This document shows, one piece after another, positions 1 to 8,782 of a stretch of DNA of 64,000 bases. Numbering within the stretch: position 1 is the stretch's first letter; the number at the start of each line of letters is the position of its first letter. The DNA is from Candidatus Nomurabacteria bacterium (GTDB lineage: Bacteria > Patescibacteriota > Minisyncoccia > Phycocordibacterales > UBA9973), in the NCBI GenBank assembly GCA_021413905.1, contig JAIOPO010000001.1, forward strand, positions 73,159 through 137,158. The letters are read 5' to 3'. A model generated the notes under the pieces. It made no database searches and was not told the DNA's origin. It saw only the letters and a list, made by a program, of their open reading frames with translations. The translations under genes and the position numbers were made by a program.

Positions 1-111
1 ATGAAATTGCGCGAGAAACAAAAAAAAGGAAAGAAAAAAATGAAAGAACGTGGACGTGTAAATATTCCTCAAGATGTATTCTTGAAGATGATGCGTGCTG
101 GAGATAAATAA
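1..111 (+). CDS. lepA: Elongation factor 4, C-terminal end (partial)
   Basis: Frame 1 reads MKLREKQKKGKKKMKERGRVNIPQDVFLKMM, matching the LepA C-terminal motif (KLLEKQKxGKKxMKxxGxVxIPQ). Confidence 0.85.
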   Translation: MKLREKQKKGKKKMKERGRVNIPQDVFLKMMRAGDK

Positions 112-114
112 AAT

Positions 115-156
115 ATAAATTGCCCCGCTTCGCATATGCGAAGCGGGGCAATTTAT
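115..156. terminator. Perfect 42-bp palindrome, probable bidirectional terminator
   Basis: ATAAATTGCCCCGCTTCGCAT|ATGCGAAGCGGGGCAATTTAT between convergent ORFs. Confidence 0.8.
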
Positions 157-163
157 TACAAAA

Positions 164-277
164 CTATTTTAAACTAAAAATAGGAGAGTAAAGCAGTATC
201 ATACTGATAATAATAAGCACGCAAACCACTGACCAAATTATTTGTATTTTCTTTTGATGTTTTTTATTGAAAATCAT
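164..277 (-). CDS. Small single-pass membrane protein (37 aa)
   Basis: Manual translation MIFNKKHQKKIQIIWSVVCVLIIISMILLYSPIFSLK; basic N-terminus plus one TM helix; below the ORF-track cutoff. Confidence 0.55.
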   Translation of the reverse strand: MIFNKKHQKKIQIIWSVVCVLIIISMILLYSPIFSLK

Positions 278-299
278 AGTATTATTATAATATCAGATT

Positions 300-674
300 A
301 TGAAAAATTTTCAAGGAAAAAATAAATGGGAAAATATAATGCATTCAAAACCAGTTTTAGTATTATTTGGTGTTTTTTTAATATTTTTCATATGGAATAT
401 AATTCATTTTGTTTTAAAAACTCAAGAAACAATTAAAAATAGAAAATTTGCACAAGATAAAATAGTGGAATTAAAGAAAGAGAAAGATAGATTAACATCC
501 GATATCCAAAAACTTCAAACATCTGAAGGAAAAGAGTCGGCTATTCGTGAAAAATTTGGATGGATAAAACAAGGCGAGAATTTAGTGATTGTTGTAGATG
601 ATCAAAACCCTGGCACTGAAAAAAATCTAAAAAATAAGGGTTTTTTGTCTTTTATTAAAAATTGGTTTAAATAA
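300..674 (+). CDS. Septum formation initiator (FtsB/DivIC family)
   Basis: TM helix, coiled coil, and ESAIREKFGWIKQGENLV motif typical of DivIC/FtsB. Confidence 0.8.
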   Translation: MKNFQGKNKWENIMHSKPVLVLFGVFLIFFIWNIIHFVLKTQETIKNRKFAQDKIVELKKEKDRLTSDIQKLQTSEGKESAIREKFGWIKQGENLVIVVDDQNPGTEKNLKNKGFLSFIKNWFK

Positions 675-695
675 TAAATATGATATAATTATATT

Positions 696-938
696 ATGGA
701 CACTTTAATTCACGCAGATATATTTTTCTTTTTAGCTTCGATAGGCTTTTGTTTTATTTTTATTTTTGTAATTATTGCTCTTTATTATTTTGTATCAATA
801 TTAAAAAGTATTGACCATGTTACTAAAATAATCGAAAAAGATGTTGTTAGTGTGGATAGTAATATTCATGATTTTATATATGCAATAAAACACAGTTTTG
901 TTTTTAAATTATTATTTCCAAACAAAAAGAAAAAGTAG
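696..938 (+). CDS. Hypothetical membrane protein
   Basis: 80-aa ORF with N-terminal TM helix. Confidence 0.7.
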   Translation: MDTLIHADIFFFLASIGFCFIFIFVIIALYYFVSILKSIDHVTKIIEKDVVSVDSNIHDFIYAIKHSFVFKLLFPNKKKK

Positions 939-976
939 TATAATATGAATTCATTATTAATTAATTTTTTAAATTT

Positions 977-1210
977 ATGAAAAACGTAGAAATTTATTCA
1001 ACACCGACTTGTCATTTTTGCAATTTAGCAAAAGATTTTTTTAAGGCAAATAATGTATCTTATACAGAATACAATGTAGCGACAGATTTGGAAAAAAGAA
1101 AAGAGATGGTTGATAAAAGTGGACAAATGGGTGTGCCTGTTATAGTTATTGATGGGCAAATAACTGTCGGTTTTAATCAGCCTACAGTGGCACATATGCT
1201 CGGTATGTAA
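977..1210 (+). CDS. Glutaredoxin-like NrdH/YruB family redoxin
   Basis: YSTPTCHFC CxxC motif and GQMGVPVI. Confidence 0.92.
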   Translation: MKNVEIYSTPTCHFCNLAKDFFKANNVSYTEYNVATDLEKRKEMVDKSGQMGVPVIVIDGQITVGFNQPTVAHMLGM

Positions 1211-1264
1211 AGAACTTAGAACTATTCCCTAGTATATTTTAGGGTTCTATGTTAGTATTAGGTA

Positions 1265-1891
1265 ATGCGGGGGATATCAACTTCGGAAAATATAGTTAAA
1301 GAAATAAAAATGCTTAGGTCAAAAGGGCATAGTATTTTGGAAATATCAAAAATAGTAGGCAAGAGTAAGTCTATTGTTTCAAAGTATATTTTTGGAGTAA
1401 AAATTCTTCCGCAATATAAAAATTTATTAAAAGAAAAACAAGGAGGTAGTAGAATTAGGTCTTTGAAAGAATGGAGTAATGCACGTTTAGAAGCAGAAAG
1501 TTTCATAAGTAATATTTCAAAAAAAGAAAAACTGTTAATTTTGGCTTCGTTGTATTGGGGTGAAGGAACAAAAAGTGAACTTAATATAATAAATGGCGAC
1601 CCAAGTATGCTTAGAGTATTTTTATCTTGCTTAAAAGAACTTGATATAGTTAATTCTCAAATAAAAGCTTCTATTAGAATTTACGAAGACCTGAATCATA
1701 AAGATGTTATTAAATTTTGGTCAAATGCTATTCAGTTACCCATGGAATGTTTTAAGAATGTAAATGTATTGAAAGGCAAAAAGACAGGTAAATTGCCTTA
1801 TGGAATGTGTAGACTAAGGGTTGAAAAAAGTTCAAAATACTTTAAACTGATTATGTCTCTCATTGAGAGAATAAAAATACTGCCGTCGTAG
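1265..1891 (+). CDS. HTH plus LAGLIDADG-like domain protein (tRNA-adjacent)
   Basis: N-terminal HTH (LRSKGHSILEISKIVGKSKSIVSKY) and LASLYWGEGTK, a LAGLIDADG-like helix; stop codon lies inside tRNA-Arg. Confidence 0.6.
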   Translation: MRGISTSENIVKEIKMLRSKGHSILEISKIVGKSKSIVSKYIFGVKILPQYKNLLKEKQGGSRIRSLKEWSNARLEAESFISNISKKEKLLILASLYWGEGTKSELNIINGDPSMLRVFLSCLKELDIVNSQIKASIRIYEDLNHKDVIKFWSNAIQLPMECFKNVNVLKGKKTGKLPYGMCRLRVEKSSKYFKLIMSLIERIKILPS

Positions 1892-1953
1892 TTCAATGGA
1901 TAGAATAGCTCACTCCTAACGAGCTGATACAGGTTCGATTCCTGTCGATGGCA
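1882..1953 (+). tRNA. tRNA-Arg(CCT)
   Basis: Acceptor GCCGTCG/CGATGGC, anticodon loop CT-CCT-AA, T-arm GGTTCGATTCC. Confidence 0.9.
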
Positions 1954-1995
1954 CAAATTATTGGCTTTTTTGTATGATTATGATAATATAAAAAT

Positions 1996-2244
1996 ATGGA
2001 CCCAGAGTCAAAAAAAATGTTAGAAGAGACATATGCAATAGTTTCTGAGAACAATAAGATTCTTAGAAAAATGCGTAGTGCTCAAAGATGGGCTTCCATT
2101 ATGCGTTATTTGTATTGGTTTGTAATAATTGGTTTAGGCGTCGGATCTTTTTATTTTATTCAACCTTATGTTGATCAAATGCAAAAAATTATAAAAGATT
2201 CTGGAGCGACAATAAATCAATTTAAAAATATTTTTCCAAATTAG
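1996..2244 (+). CDS. Hypothetical membrane protein
   Basis: 82-aa ORF with one TM segment. Confidence 0.75.
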   Translation: MDPESKKMLEETYAIVSENNKILRKMRSAQRWASIMRYLYWFVIIGLGVGSFYFIQPYVDQMQKIIKDSGATINQFKNIFPN

Positions 2245-2314
2245 CCAAGGTGGCTGTTTTGGTAGGTATACGCAGTTAGTAAGGTATAAAATATTTTGTT
2301 TGAAAATTTAATAT

Positions 2315-2387
2315 GCCAAGGTAGCTCAGTTGGTAGAGCGCTCCCCTGAAGAGGGAGATGTCACCAGTTCAACTCTGGTCCTTGGCA
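2315..2387 (+). tRNA. tRNA-Phe(GAA)
   Basis: Acceptor GCCAAGG/CCTTGGC; anticodon arm CTCCC-CTGAAGA-GGGAG. Confidence 0.95.
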
Positions 2388-2392
2388 CACAT

Positions 2393-2424
2393 AAACAAAA
2401 ATCCCCATATGGGGATTTTTGTTT
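2393..2424. terminator. Bidirectional intrinsic terminator
   Basis: Palindrome AAACAAAAATCCCCAT|ATGGGGATTTTTGTTT between convergent tRNA-Phe and hsp20. Confidence 0.85.
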
Positions 2425-2426
2425 TC

Positions 2427-2891
2427 TTATGAAGATTTTACTTTCAAATTTTTCTTCTTTTCTTTATCTATTTTAGGAATAGTTATTGTTAGGAGTCCGT
2501 GTTTTTCTACTGCTTCAGCTTCTTCTGGTTCGACTTCGCAAGGTAGTAGCATTGTTCTTGAAAATGTACCCCAATATAATTCTTTTGCAAAATAATTTTC
2601 TTCGTCTATCGTTTTTGTTTCGTGTCTTTTTCCACGAACAGTGATCATATCACGTGCAATAGTTATTTCTAAATCTTCTGGTTTCACTCCGGCAACCATT
2701 GTTTGCACTACGATATCTTTAGGAGTTTGATATACATCAATAGTGAGTTCAGCTTCTTCATTTTCTTCTTCCATCCAGTTTTCTTTCTTTTCTCCTTTTA
2801 CTGTAATTTTTTTAGGTTCTTCAAATACTTCTTCTTCGTTTTGAATACTGCCTGTTAATCTTTCAAAAAAACTTCTTTTTTTATTTTCCAT
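2427..2891 (-). CDS. Small heat shock protein Hsp20/alpha-crystallin
   Basis: IDVYQT...AGVKPEDLEI...FSRTMLLP...GLLTITIPK. Confidence 0.93.
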   Translation of the reverse strand: MENKKRSFFERLTGSIQNEEEVFEEPKKITVKGEKKENWMEEENEEAELTIDVYQTPKDIVVQTMVAGVKPEDLEITIARDMITVRGKRHETKTIDEENYFAKELYWGTFSRTMLLPCEVEPEEAEAVEKHGLLTITIPKIDKEKKKNLKVKSS

Positions 2892-2932
2892 ATGTTTTTA
2901 TTTTTTCGTTTTTGAAACGATTTTAATTAATT

Positions 2933-3640
2933 TTAATTTTCTCCACTCATTCTTCTTAATTTTTCAAAAAGTAAGAGATTGATAATAGTTGTAACCCAAA
3001 GGAAAGCAAACACTTTTAAGAATTCCTTTCCACTTATATTCATTATAAAAAAATTAAACGTACTATGCAAGGCAATTGCGAATATTATTCCAAAAAATAA
3101 ATATATTTTTTTATAATTTTTACTTAAATAAAAAGATAAACCCAAAAATATACCTATCAATCCGCTCGAAACTGTATGTAAAAGAGTTGATCCCAGAAAA
3201 CGTAATTGACTTGTTATAAGTCCGTTGATTGATTGATTTAAAGACAATGGTTTTATTAAAAATAAAATATTTTCAATTGCAGCAAATCCTAAAGCTGCAG
3301 TTATTATATAAATAGCCCAATCTATTGGTTTGTTTATATATCTTGTGTTGAATAGTATTACAAAGATTGTCAATAATTTCATTATTTCTTCTACGCTAGC
3401 GAAACTTATCACTTGCCATAGATGTGATGTTATATGTGTTTGTAAAAATTCTTGTATTGGTAATACAAAAATAACAGCAATCATGCCCATGATAAAAGAA
3501 ATTGTTAAAATTATTTTTGGTTCAGGATCTTCTTTGTCTTCTCTAAGCCAAAACCAAAGCCAAAAAATAGAGGGGATTAATCCTCCGAGTAAAGCTAATC
3601 CTAAAATTTTAGGGTCGCTAGACATTTGGCCATTTTTCAA
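2933..3640 (-). CDS. PrsW family intramembrane metalloprotease
   Basis: EP motif, VEEIMK, GFAAIEN, LH motifs; multiple TM helices. Confidence 0.9.
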   Translation of the reverse strand: MKNGQMSSDPKILGLALLGGLIPSIFWLWFWLREDKEDPEPKIILTISFIMGMIAVIFVLPIQEFLQTHITSHLWQVISFASVEEIMKLLTIFVILFNTRYINKPIDWAIYIITAALGFAAIENILFLIKPLSLNQSINGLITSQLRFLGSTLLHTVSSGLIGIFLGLSFYLSKNYKKIYLFFGIIFAIALHSTFNFFIMNISGKEFLKVFAFLWVTTIINLLLFEKLRRMSGEN

Positions 3641-5780
3641 TCATTAAAAGATTTTTACTTTCAATAGGCATCATCGACCAAATTTCTTCGGTAACGAAAG
3701 GCATAAATGGGTGAAGGATTTTTATACAATCAATCCAAATAGGTAAAAGAATTTTTTTTATTTGCTGTCCTTCTTCATTATCTTTCTTACTTTCTTCGAT
3801 TAGCTCATCTGCAAATTTGTGCCATATATAGTGATAAATTTTTTCTGATGCTAAATGAAAACGATAATTTTCCATATCATTTGTAATATCTTTTGTAATA
3901 TCATTAAACTCGTTTACTATTTTATTTTCCCCATATGTCTGACATAGGGGAACCATTTGTCCGACATACGGATTATTATCTAAAACAAATCTCGTAATAT
4001 TCCAAATTTTATTTGCAAAATTTTTATAGCCTTTTATTTTATTTTCATCTACTTTACTATCTGTGCCTGGAGCTGTGCCGACAATGAGAGCCATACGTCC
4101 TGCATCAGAACCGTATTTTTGTGAAATTTCAATCGGGTCAACACCATTGCCTAAAGATTTAGACATTTTTTGCCCTTTTGAGTCACGAACTGTTCCATTT
4201 AAATAAATATTTTTGAAAGGTATTTCACCAAGCGCGTATTCACTCATCATTATCATTCTCGCTACCCAAAAGAAAAGAATCTCATATCCTGTTTCAATCA
4301 CATCTGTCGGATGATATGTTTCCATGTCTTTTGTTTTTTCAGGCCAGCCAAGTGTAGAAAAAGTCCACATTCCTGAAGAAAACCAAGTATCAAGAGTGTC
4401 TTCATCTTGTTTCCAACCTTCACCTTGTGGAGCTTCTGTTCCACAATAAATTTCTTCTTTACCTGCCGTGAGCGAAGTCGAACGGTACCAAACAGGAATT
4501 CTGTGCCCGTACCAGATTTGTCGGGATATACACCAATCTCGCAAATTATCTATCCAATGAAAATATGTTTTTGAAAAATATTCCGGTATTATTTTTATCT
4601 CTTCTTTTTCCAGCGGATCACGCATTAATTCTTTTAATGTTTTATTGCCTCGTTCTGGTATTGATTTATTTACATTTATAAACCATTGCAATTTTGGCAA
4701 GGGTTCGATGATACCTCCTGTTCGTTCAGCTGTGGAAATATTTTGTTTTATTTCTTCTTCTTTTTCTAAAAGATTTTGCTCGCGAAGCCATTCGACTATA
4801 ATTTCTCTAGCTTCTGTTGTTTTTTTATTAAGTAGATTTTCTCCACCAACAGTCATTTTGGAATATTCATTTATCACTTGCGGTCGAGAGAGTTCATGTC
4901 TGTCAGCTATTTCCCAGTCAATCATAGAATGCGCAGGGGTGACGCCGAGTGCACCGGTACCGAAAGTTGGATCAACTTCTTTGTCCGCAATTATTTTTAT
5001 ATGAAGTGATACACCACAAAATTCCAAATCATATTCTTTTCCAATAAATTCGATATAGCGAGTGTCTTCTGGGTGTACAGCTACAGCCACATCACCGACT
5101 TTTGTTTCAGGACGACTTGTTGAAATAGAAATAGGGAAATCTTTAGAATATTTAAAAGTATAGAGTTTTGAAGTTCTTTCTTCATAAACTATCTCATCAT
5201 CAGAAATAGTGGTTTGTCCTTTTGGATCCCAGTTTATTATTCTATTTCCACGATAAATGAGTCCATCGTCATACATTTTTTTAAACATTGTGTTAACTGC
5301 AATATTTCTTTTTTCATCTAAAGTAAAAGCTTCACGTGACCAATCACAAGAAGAACCCATTACGCGTATCTGAGAGGTGATGGTGTCGTGACTTTCTTGG
5401 GCATAAGTTTTTATTCTTTTTAACATTTCTTCTCGTCCTAAATCATGACGAGATTTTCCTTCTTTTTTTTGAACTTCTTTTTCTACTCGTGCTTGAGTGG
5501 CTATGGCTGCATGGTCTGTGCCCGGGAGCCAAAGAGTTTTATAACCTTGCATTCTTTTTTGGCGAATCATTATGTCTTGAATTGTGAGCATCAAAGCATG
5601 TCCCATATGTAAAACTCCTGTCACATTTGGCGGAGGCATTATTATTGTAAACGATTCTTTTATTACATTTGGAAGATTGTCAGGATTAAAAAAACCGCTT
5701 TCTTCCCATAGTTTGTAGATTTTTGATTCTGTTTCTTGTGGATTATAAGGTTTTAAAAGTTTTTCATTTGTTTCAGACAT
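3618..5780 (-). CDS. valS: Valyl-tRNA synthetase (compact, no C-terminal coiled-coil arm)
   Basis: PPPNVTGVLHMGH, DWCISRQIWYGH, KMSKS. Confidence 0.97.
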   Translation of the reverse strand: MSETNEKLLKPYNPQETESKIYKLWEESGFFNPDNLPNVIKESFTIIMPPPNVTGVLHMGHALMLTIQDIMIRQKRMQGYKTLWLPGTDHAAIATQARVEKEVQKKEGKSRHDLGREEMLKRIKTYAQESHDTITSQIRVMGSSCDWSREAFTLDEKRNIAVNTMFKKMYDDGLIYRGNRIINWDPKGQTTISDDEIVYEERTSKLYTFKYSKDFPISISTSRPETKVGDVAVAVHPEDTRYIEFIGKEYDLEFCGVSLHIKIIADKEVDPTFGTGALGVTPAHSMIDWEIADRHELSRPQVINEYSKMTVGGENLLNKKTTEAREIIVEWLREQNLLEKEEEIKQNISTAERTGGIIEPLPKLQWFINVNKSIPERGNKTLKELMRDPLEKEEIKIIPEYFSKTYFHWIDNLRDWCISRQIWYGHRIPVWYRSTSLTAGKEEIYCGTEAPQGEGWKQDEDTLDTWFSSGMWTFSTLGWPEKTKDMETYHPTDVIETGYEILFFWVARMIMMSEYALGEIPFKNIYLNGTVRDSKGQKMSKSLGNGVDPIEISQKYGSDAGRMALIVGTAPGTDSKVDENKIKGYKNFANKIWNITRFVLDNNPYVGQMVPLCQTYGENKIVNEFNDITKDITNDMENYRFHLASEKIYHYIWHKFADELIEESKKDNEEGQQIKKILLPIWIDCIKILHPFMPFVTEEIWSMMPIESKNLLMIEKWPNV

Positions 5781-5826
5781 ATTAGAATAATATCATAAAA
5801 TTTAAGCATTTTCTACTTTGTTCATT

Positions 5827-6897
5827 TTACAATGACAAATTACCTACAGCTTTTATTTTTGCCGGATTTGGCACTTTTTTATTGTTTTTTATGTATTTCA
5901 AATAGCTTACTATACCTATCATAATGGCATTATCTGTCGACAATTTTTTTTCCGGGAAAAGTATTTCAAGTTTTGGATTGTCTTTTTTTAATTTCATTAT
6001 TTCTTTTCTTAAATATTTATTAGCAGATACTCCGCCAGCCACTATCAAAGTGCCAGCTTTGTGCAATGTTAAAGCTTTTTTTGTTTTGTGAATTAATGTT
6101 TCTACTACTGCATTTTCAAATTCTAAAGCTATTTTCATTTTTATTTCTTCATCTAATGTGCCGATTTTTCTTATTAAATAAAGCACAGCAGTTTTTAATC
6201 CGGAAAAAGAAAAATCAAAATTCTTTGAATACATCATCGGGCGAGGAAGAGTAAATGCAGGACTTTGCTGTAAAAGCAAAGTCCTGCCCAATTCCGCTAA
6301 CCTTGAAATCTCCGGACCGCCGGGATAAGGAAGCCCCAACATTCGCGCAACTTTATCAAAAGCTTCTCCTGCTGCATCGTCTAAAGTTTCCCCGATAACT
6401 TTATATTTCATCCAATCTTTTGCAAGGACTAATTCTGTATGTCCACCGGAAACCAATAGAGACAAAATAGGGAAATTTGTTTTAGGTATTTTAAATTCAC
6501 CTTTATTTTTTCCAAAGACTGAAAGTATGTGTCCTTCCATGTGATTCACCGGCATCAATGGCACGTTACATTTTTTTGCCAATTCTTTTGCAAAAACAAT
6601 TCCTGTCCAAAGTGCTGGTTCAAGACCAGGGCCATATGTGACAGCAATCAAATTTATTCCCTCAAGAGATTTTAATTTTCCTTTTTTCAATACTTTATTT
6701 AAAAGTATGGGCAAATTTTTTATGTGTTCACGTTTAGCTAAAGCAGGGAAGACTCCGCCGTATTCTGCGTGTATTTTTATTTGTGAAGATATTCCTTCCG
6801 CTAATACTTTAAAGGTTAGATTTTTCTCTCCACCTTTTGTTTCCAGTATTGCTATACCTGTGTCGTCGCAACTTGTTTCAATGCTTAAAATTTTCAT
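5827..6897 (-). CDS. tsaD: tRNA N6-adenosine threonylcarbamoyltransferase
   Basis: SIETSCDDT, NHMEGH, SGGHT, DDAAGEAFDKVAR, TDNAIMI. Confidence 0.97.
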   Translation of the reverse strand: MKILSIETSCDDTGIAILETKGGEKNLTFKVLAEGISSQIKIHAEYGGVFPALAKREHIKNLPILLNKVLKKGKLKSLEGINLIAVTYGPGLEPALWTGIVFAKELAKKCNVPLMPVNHMEGHILSVFGKNKGEFKIPKTNFPILSLLVSGGHTELVLAKDWMKYKVIGETLDDAAGEAFDKVARMLGLPYPGGPEISRLAELGRTLLLQQSPAFTLPRPMMYSKNFDFSFSGLKTAVLYLIRKIGTLDEEIKMKIALEFENAVVETLIHKTKKALTLHKAGTLIVAGGVSANKYLRKEIMKLKKDNPKLEILFPEKKLSTDNAIMIGIVSYLKYIKNNKKVPNPAKIKAVGNLSL

Positions 6898-6948
6898 AAA
6901 AAGTCTATTTATAATAACAGATTTTGATATTTTTACAAATATTTTTTT

Positions 6949-7509
6949 ATGTTATATAATATAAGAGTTATGGAAAAATGGCCAAATATGAAAAAGAAGA
7001 TTGTTGATACTGCCCGCAAGGTGGCTTTTGTTGCTCTTGCTTCTACTGCTGGAACGAGTGCTTTACATGGACAAATAGACAAAAATAATAAATTTGAAAA
7101 TACAAAAAAATCTTTACATGAAAGTGCACCAGCTTTCATACTAAAAGTTGTTTTACCTGTTTTAGAGAATAGTGTTCCGCCTAGGGCTTTTGATATTATT
7201 TATAATTTTTCTGAAATTAAACAGCCTGGTGATGAGATTTTACTTTATCGTCAGCTTGATAATAATACAGGTCATTTTTTACCTTGGACAGTAGCAGAAG
7301 ATCAAAATCATATTTCTCAACCTGTATTAGATCCTACAGGTAAACGTCAAGATGATAGGGAATATGAAAAATTTAAAATTATCTCTGTTTTCCCTTATAT
7401 TCCTGAAAAAGAAAATAAAATAAAAAAAGATACCATAAAACTTGAGAAAAAATCAAAAGACAAAAATGATGATTCTATTGAAGAGGAAAATGAAGATTCT
7501 TCTGATTAA
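6949..7509 (+). CDS. Hypothetical exported protein
   Basis: 186-aa ORF with signal-like segment (RKVAFVALASTAGTSALHG); start may be 6970 or 6988. Confidence 0.6.
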   Translation: MLYNIRVMEKWPNMKKKIVDTARKVAFVALASTAGTSALHGQIDKNNKFENTKKSLHESAPAFILKVVLPVLENSVPPRAFDIIYNFSEIKQPGDEILLYRQLDNNTGHFLPWTVAEDQNHISQPVLDPTGKRQDDREYEKFKIISVFPYIPEKENKIKKDTIKLEKKSKDKNDDSIEEENEDSSD

Positions 7510-7514
7510 TATTG

Positions 7515-7588
7515 TGCGCGGTGAGGAATTCGAATCCCCGGCCTACCCCACGTCAAGGGGTCGCTCTAACCAGCTGAGCTAACCGCGC
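7515..7588 (-). tRNA. tRNA-Val(GAC)
   Basis: Reverse complement GCGCGGTTAGCTCAGCTGGTTAGAGCGACCCCTTGACGTGGGGT...TTCGAAT...ACCGCGCA. Confidence 0.95.
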
Positions 7589-7596
7589 AAACTTTT

Positions 7597-8355
7597 TTAA
7601 CTATACTTAAAATTTTCTAAAATTTCAAGTTCTTCTTTTGAATTTGCAGCTAGTGCTTCATGTGGATTTATATTTATTGATTCTATTTTTTCTCCATCTT
7701 TCATTGCTATTTTTACCAAATCAGTCAAATAATATTCTTTTTGAGCATTGTCATTTTTCAATGTTTGTAATTTTTCAAACATCCATTTTGAATTAAAACA
7801 AAAGTAACATGGATTTACTTCCAATATTTTTTTCTCATCTTCATTTGCATCTTTGAATTCAACTGATTTTACAATTTTTCCATTTTCATCACGTATAATA
7901 CGAGAAAAATTTGAATAAAAAAAAGAACGCCAATCATTAAAATCAGGCAAGAGCACTGTCGCCATTGTTATTTTATTTTGATTTTCAATATGTTTATTTA
8001 CAATATTTTCTATTGTTTTTGTATTTATGAAAGGACTGTCTCCATACAATACCAATACATTTTCTGTATCTCCTATGTAATCTTTTGCGCACATTACTGC
8101 GTGCCCTGTGCCGAGCTGTTCTTCTTGTGTGATGTATTCATATTTATCACCAAGTTCTTTGATGACTTCTTCTTTTTTATAACCTACTATTATTCCTATC
8201 TTTTTAAACAAATTTGTTTTCTCTATGGATTCCAAAAGATGAGAAATCATGGGTTTGCCTTTTAGTGGCGCTAAAACTTTCGGCATTTCAGTTTGCATTC
8301 TTTTACCTTTTCCACCAGCCAATATAATTATTTTTATTTTTTCTGATATGTCCAT
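7597..8355 (-). CDS. GlmU-like nucleotidyltransferase (N-terminal uridyltransferase domain only)
   Basis: ILAGGKGKRM, PKVL, QEEQLGTGHAV, LYGDSP, NAQKEYYLTD; no hexapeptide acetyltransferase domain. Confidence 0.88.
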   Translation of the reverse strand: MDISEKIKIIILAGGKGKRMQTEMPKVLAPLKGKPMISHLLESIEKTNLFKKIGIIVGYKKEEVIKELGDKYEYITQEEQLGTGHAVMCAKDYIGDTENVLVLYGDSPFINTKTIENIVNKHIENQNKITMATVLLPDFNDWRSFFYSNFSRIIRDENGKIVKSVEFKDANEDEKKILEVNPCYFCFNSKWMFEKLQTLKNDNAQKEYYLTDLVKIAMKDGEKIESININPHEALAANSKEELEILENFKYS

Positions 8356-8357
8356 AG

Positions 8358-8573
8358 ATAGAAATTATACTCGGTAGTGAAATTTTTAGCAAAAATTCTA
8401 CTACGGGGTATACACTTAAAGATTTATATAAAACCATTATTACAAATTCCGAAAGTCTCGGTGGTAAATTCGGCTACGCTGTTTTGATTACTCTTATTGG
8501 AGTTATTATATCCATTATTTTAGGTAAAATATTTATTCGCAATAAAAAAATATCCCTTTCAAAAATCGATTAA
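8358..8573 (+). pseudogene. Start-less membrane-protein gene fragment
   Basis: Open frame ...SESLGGKFGYAVLITLIGVIISIILGKIFIRNKKISLSKID* with no ATG after the upstream stop. Confidence 0.35.
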
Positions 8574-8710
8574 TTTTTTGCATTTTTAAAAATACATGTT
8601 AATATATATTTACTGGCCCTATATTTTAACCAAGTTAGAATATAGTGGACATCGCCTTTAAAGGCGAGAGAAATTAAGTTAAAGTTTTGAATTATTTTTG
8701 AAAAATATTC

Positions 8711-8782
8711 GGCCCTATCGTCTAACGGTTAGGACATCGCCTTTTCAAGGCGGTAATCAGAGTTCGATTCTCTGTAGGGTCA
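8711..8782 (+). tRNA. tRNA-Glu(TTC), integration target
   Basis: Acceptor GGCCCTA/TAGGGTC; anticodon arm TCGCC-TTTTCAA-GGCGG; T-arm CAGAG-TTCGATT-CTCTG. Confidence 0.95.

Noticed and set aside
3624-6987. 15-bp inverted match GAAAAATGGCCAAAT (EKWPN in both the valS end and the 6949 ORF start)
   Set aside because: Single A-rich match with no invertase or other evidence of an invertible segment; likely chance
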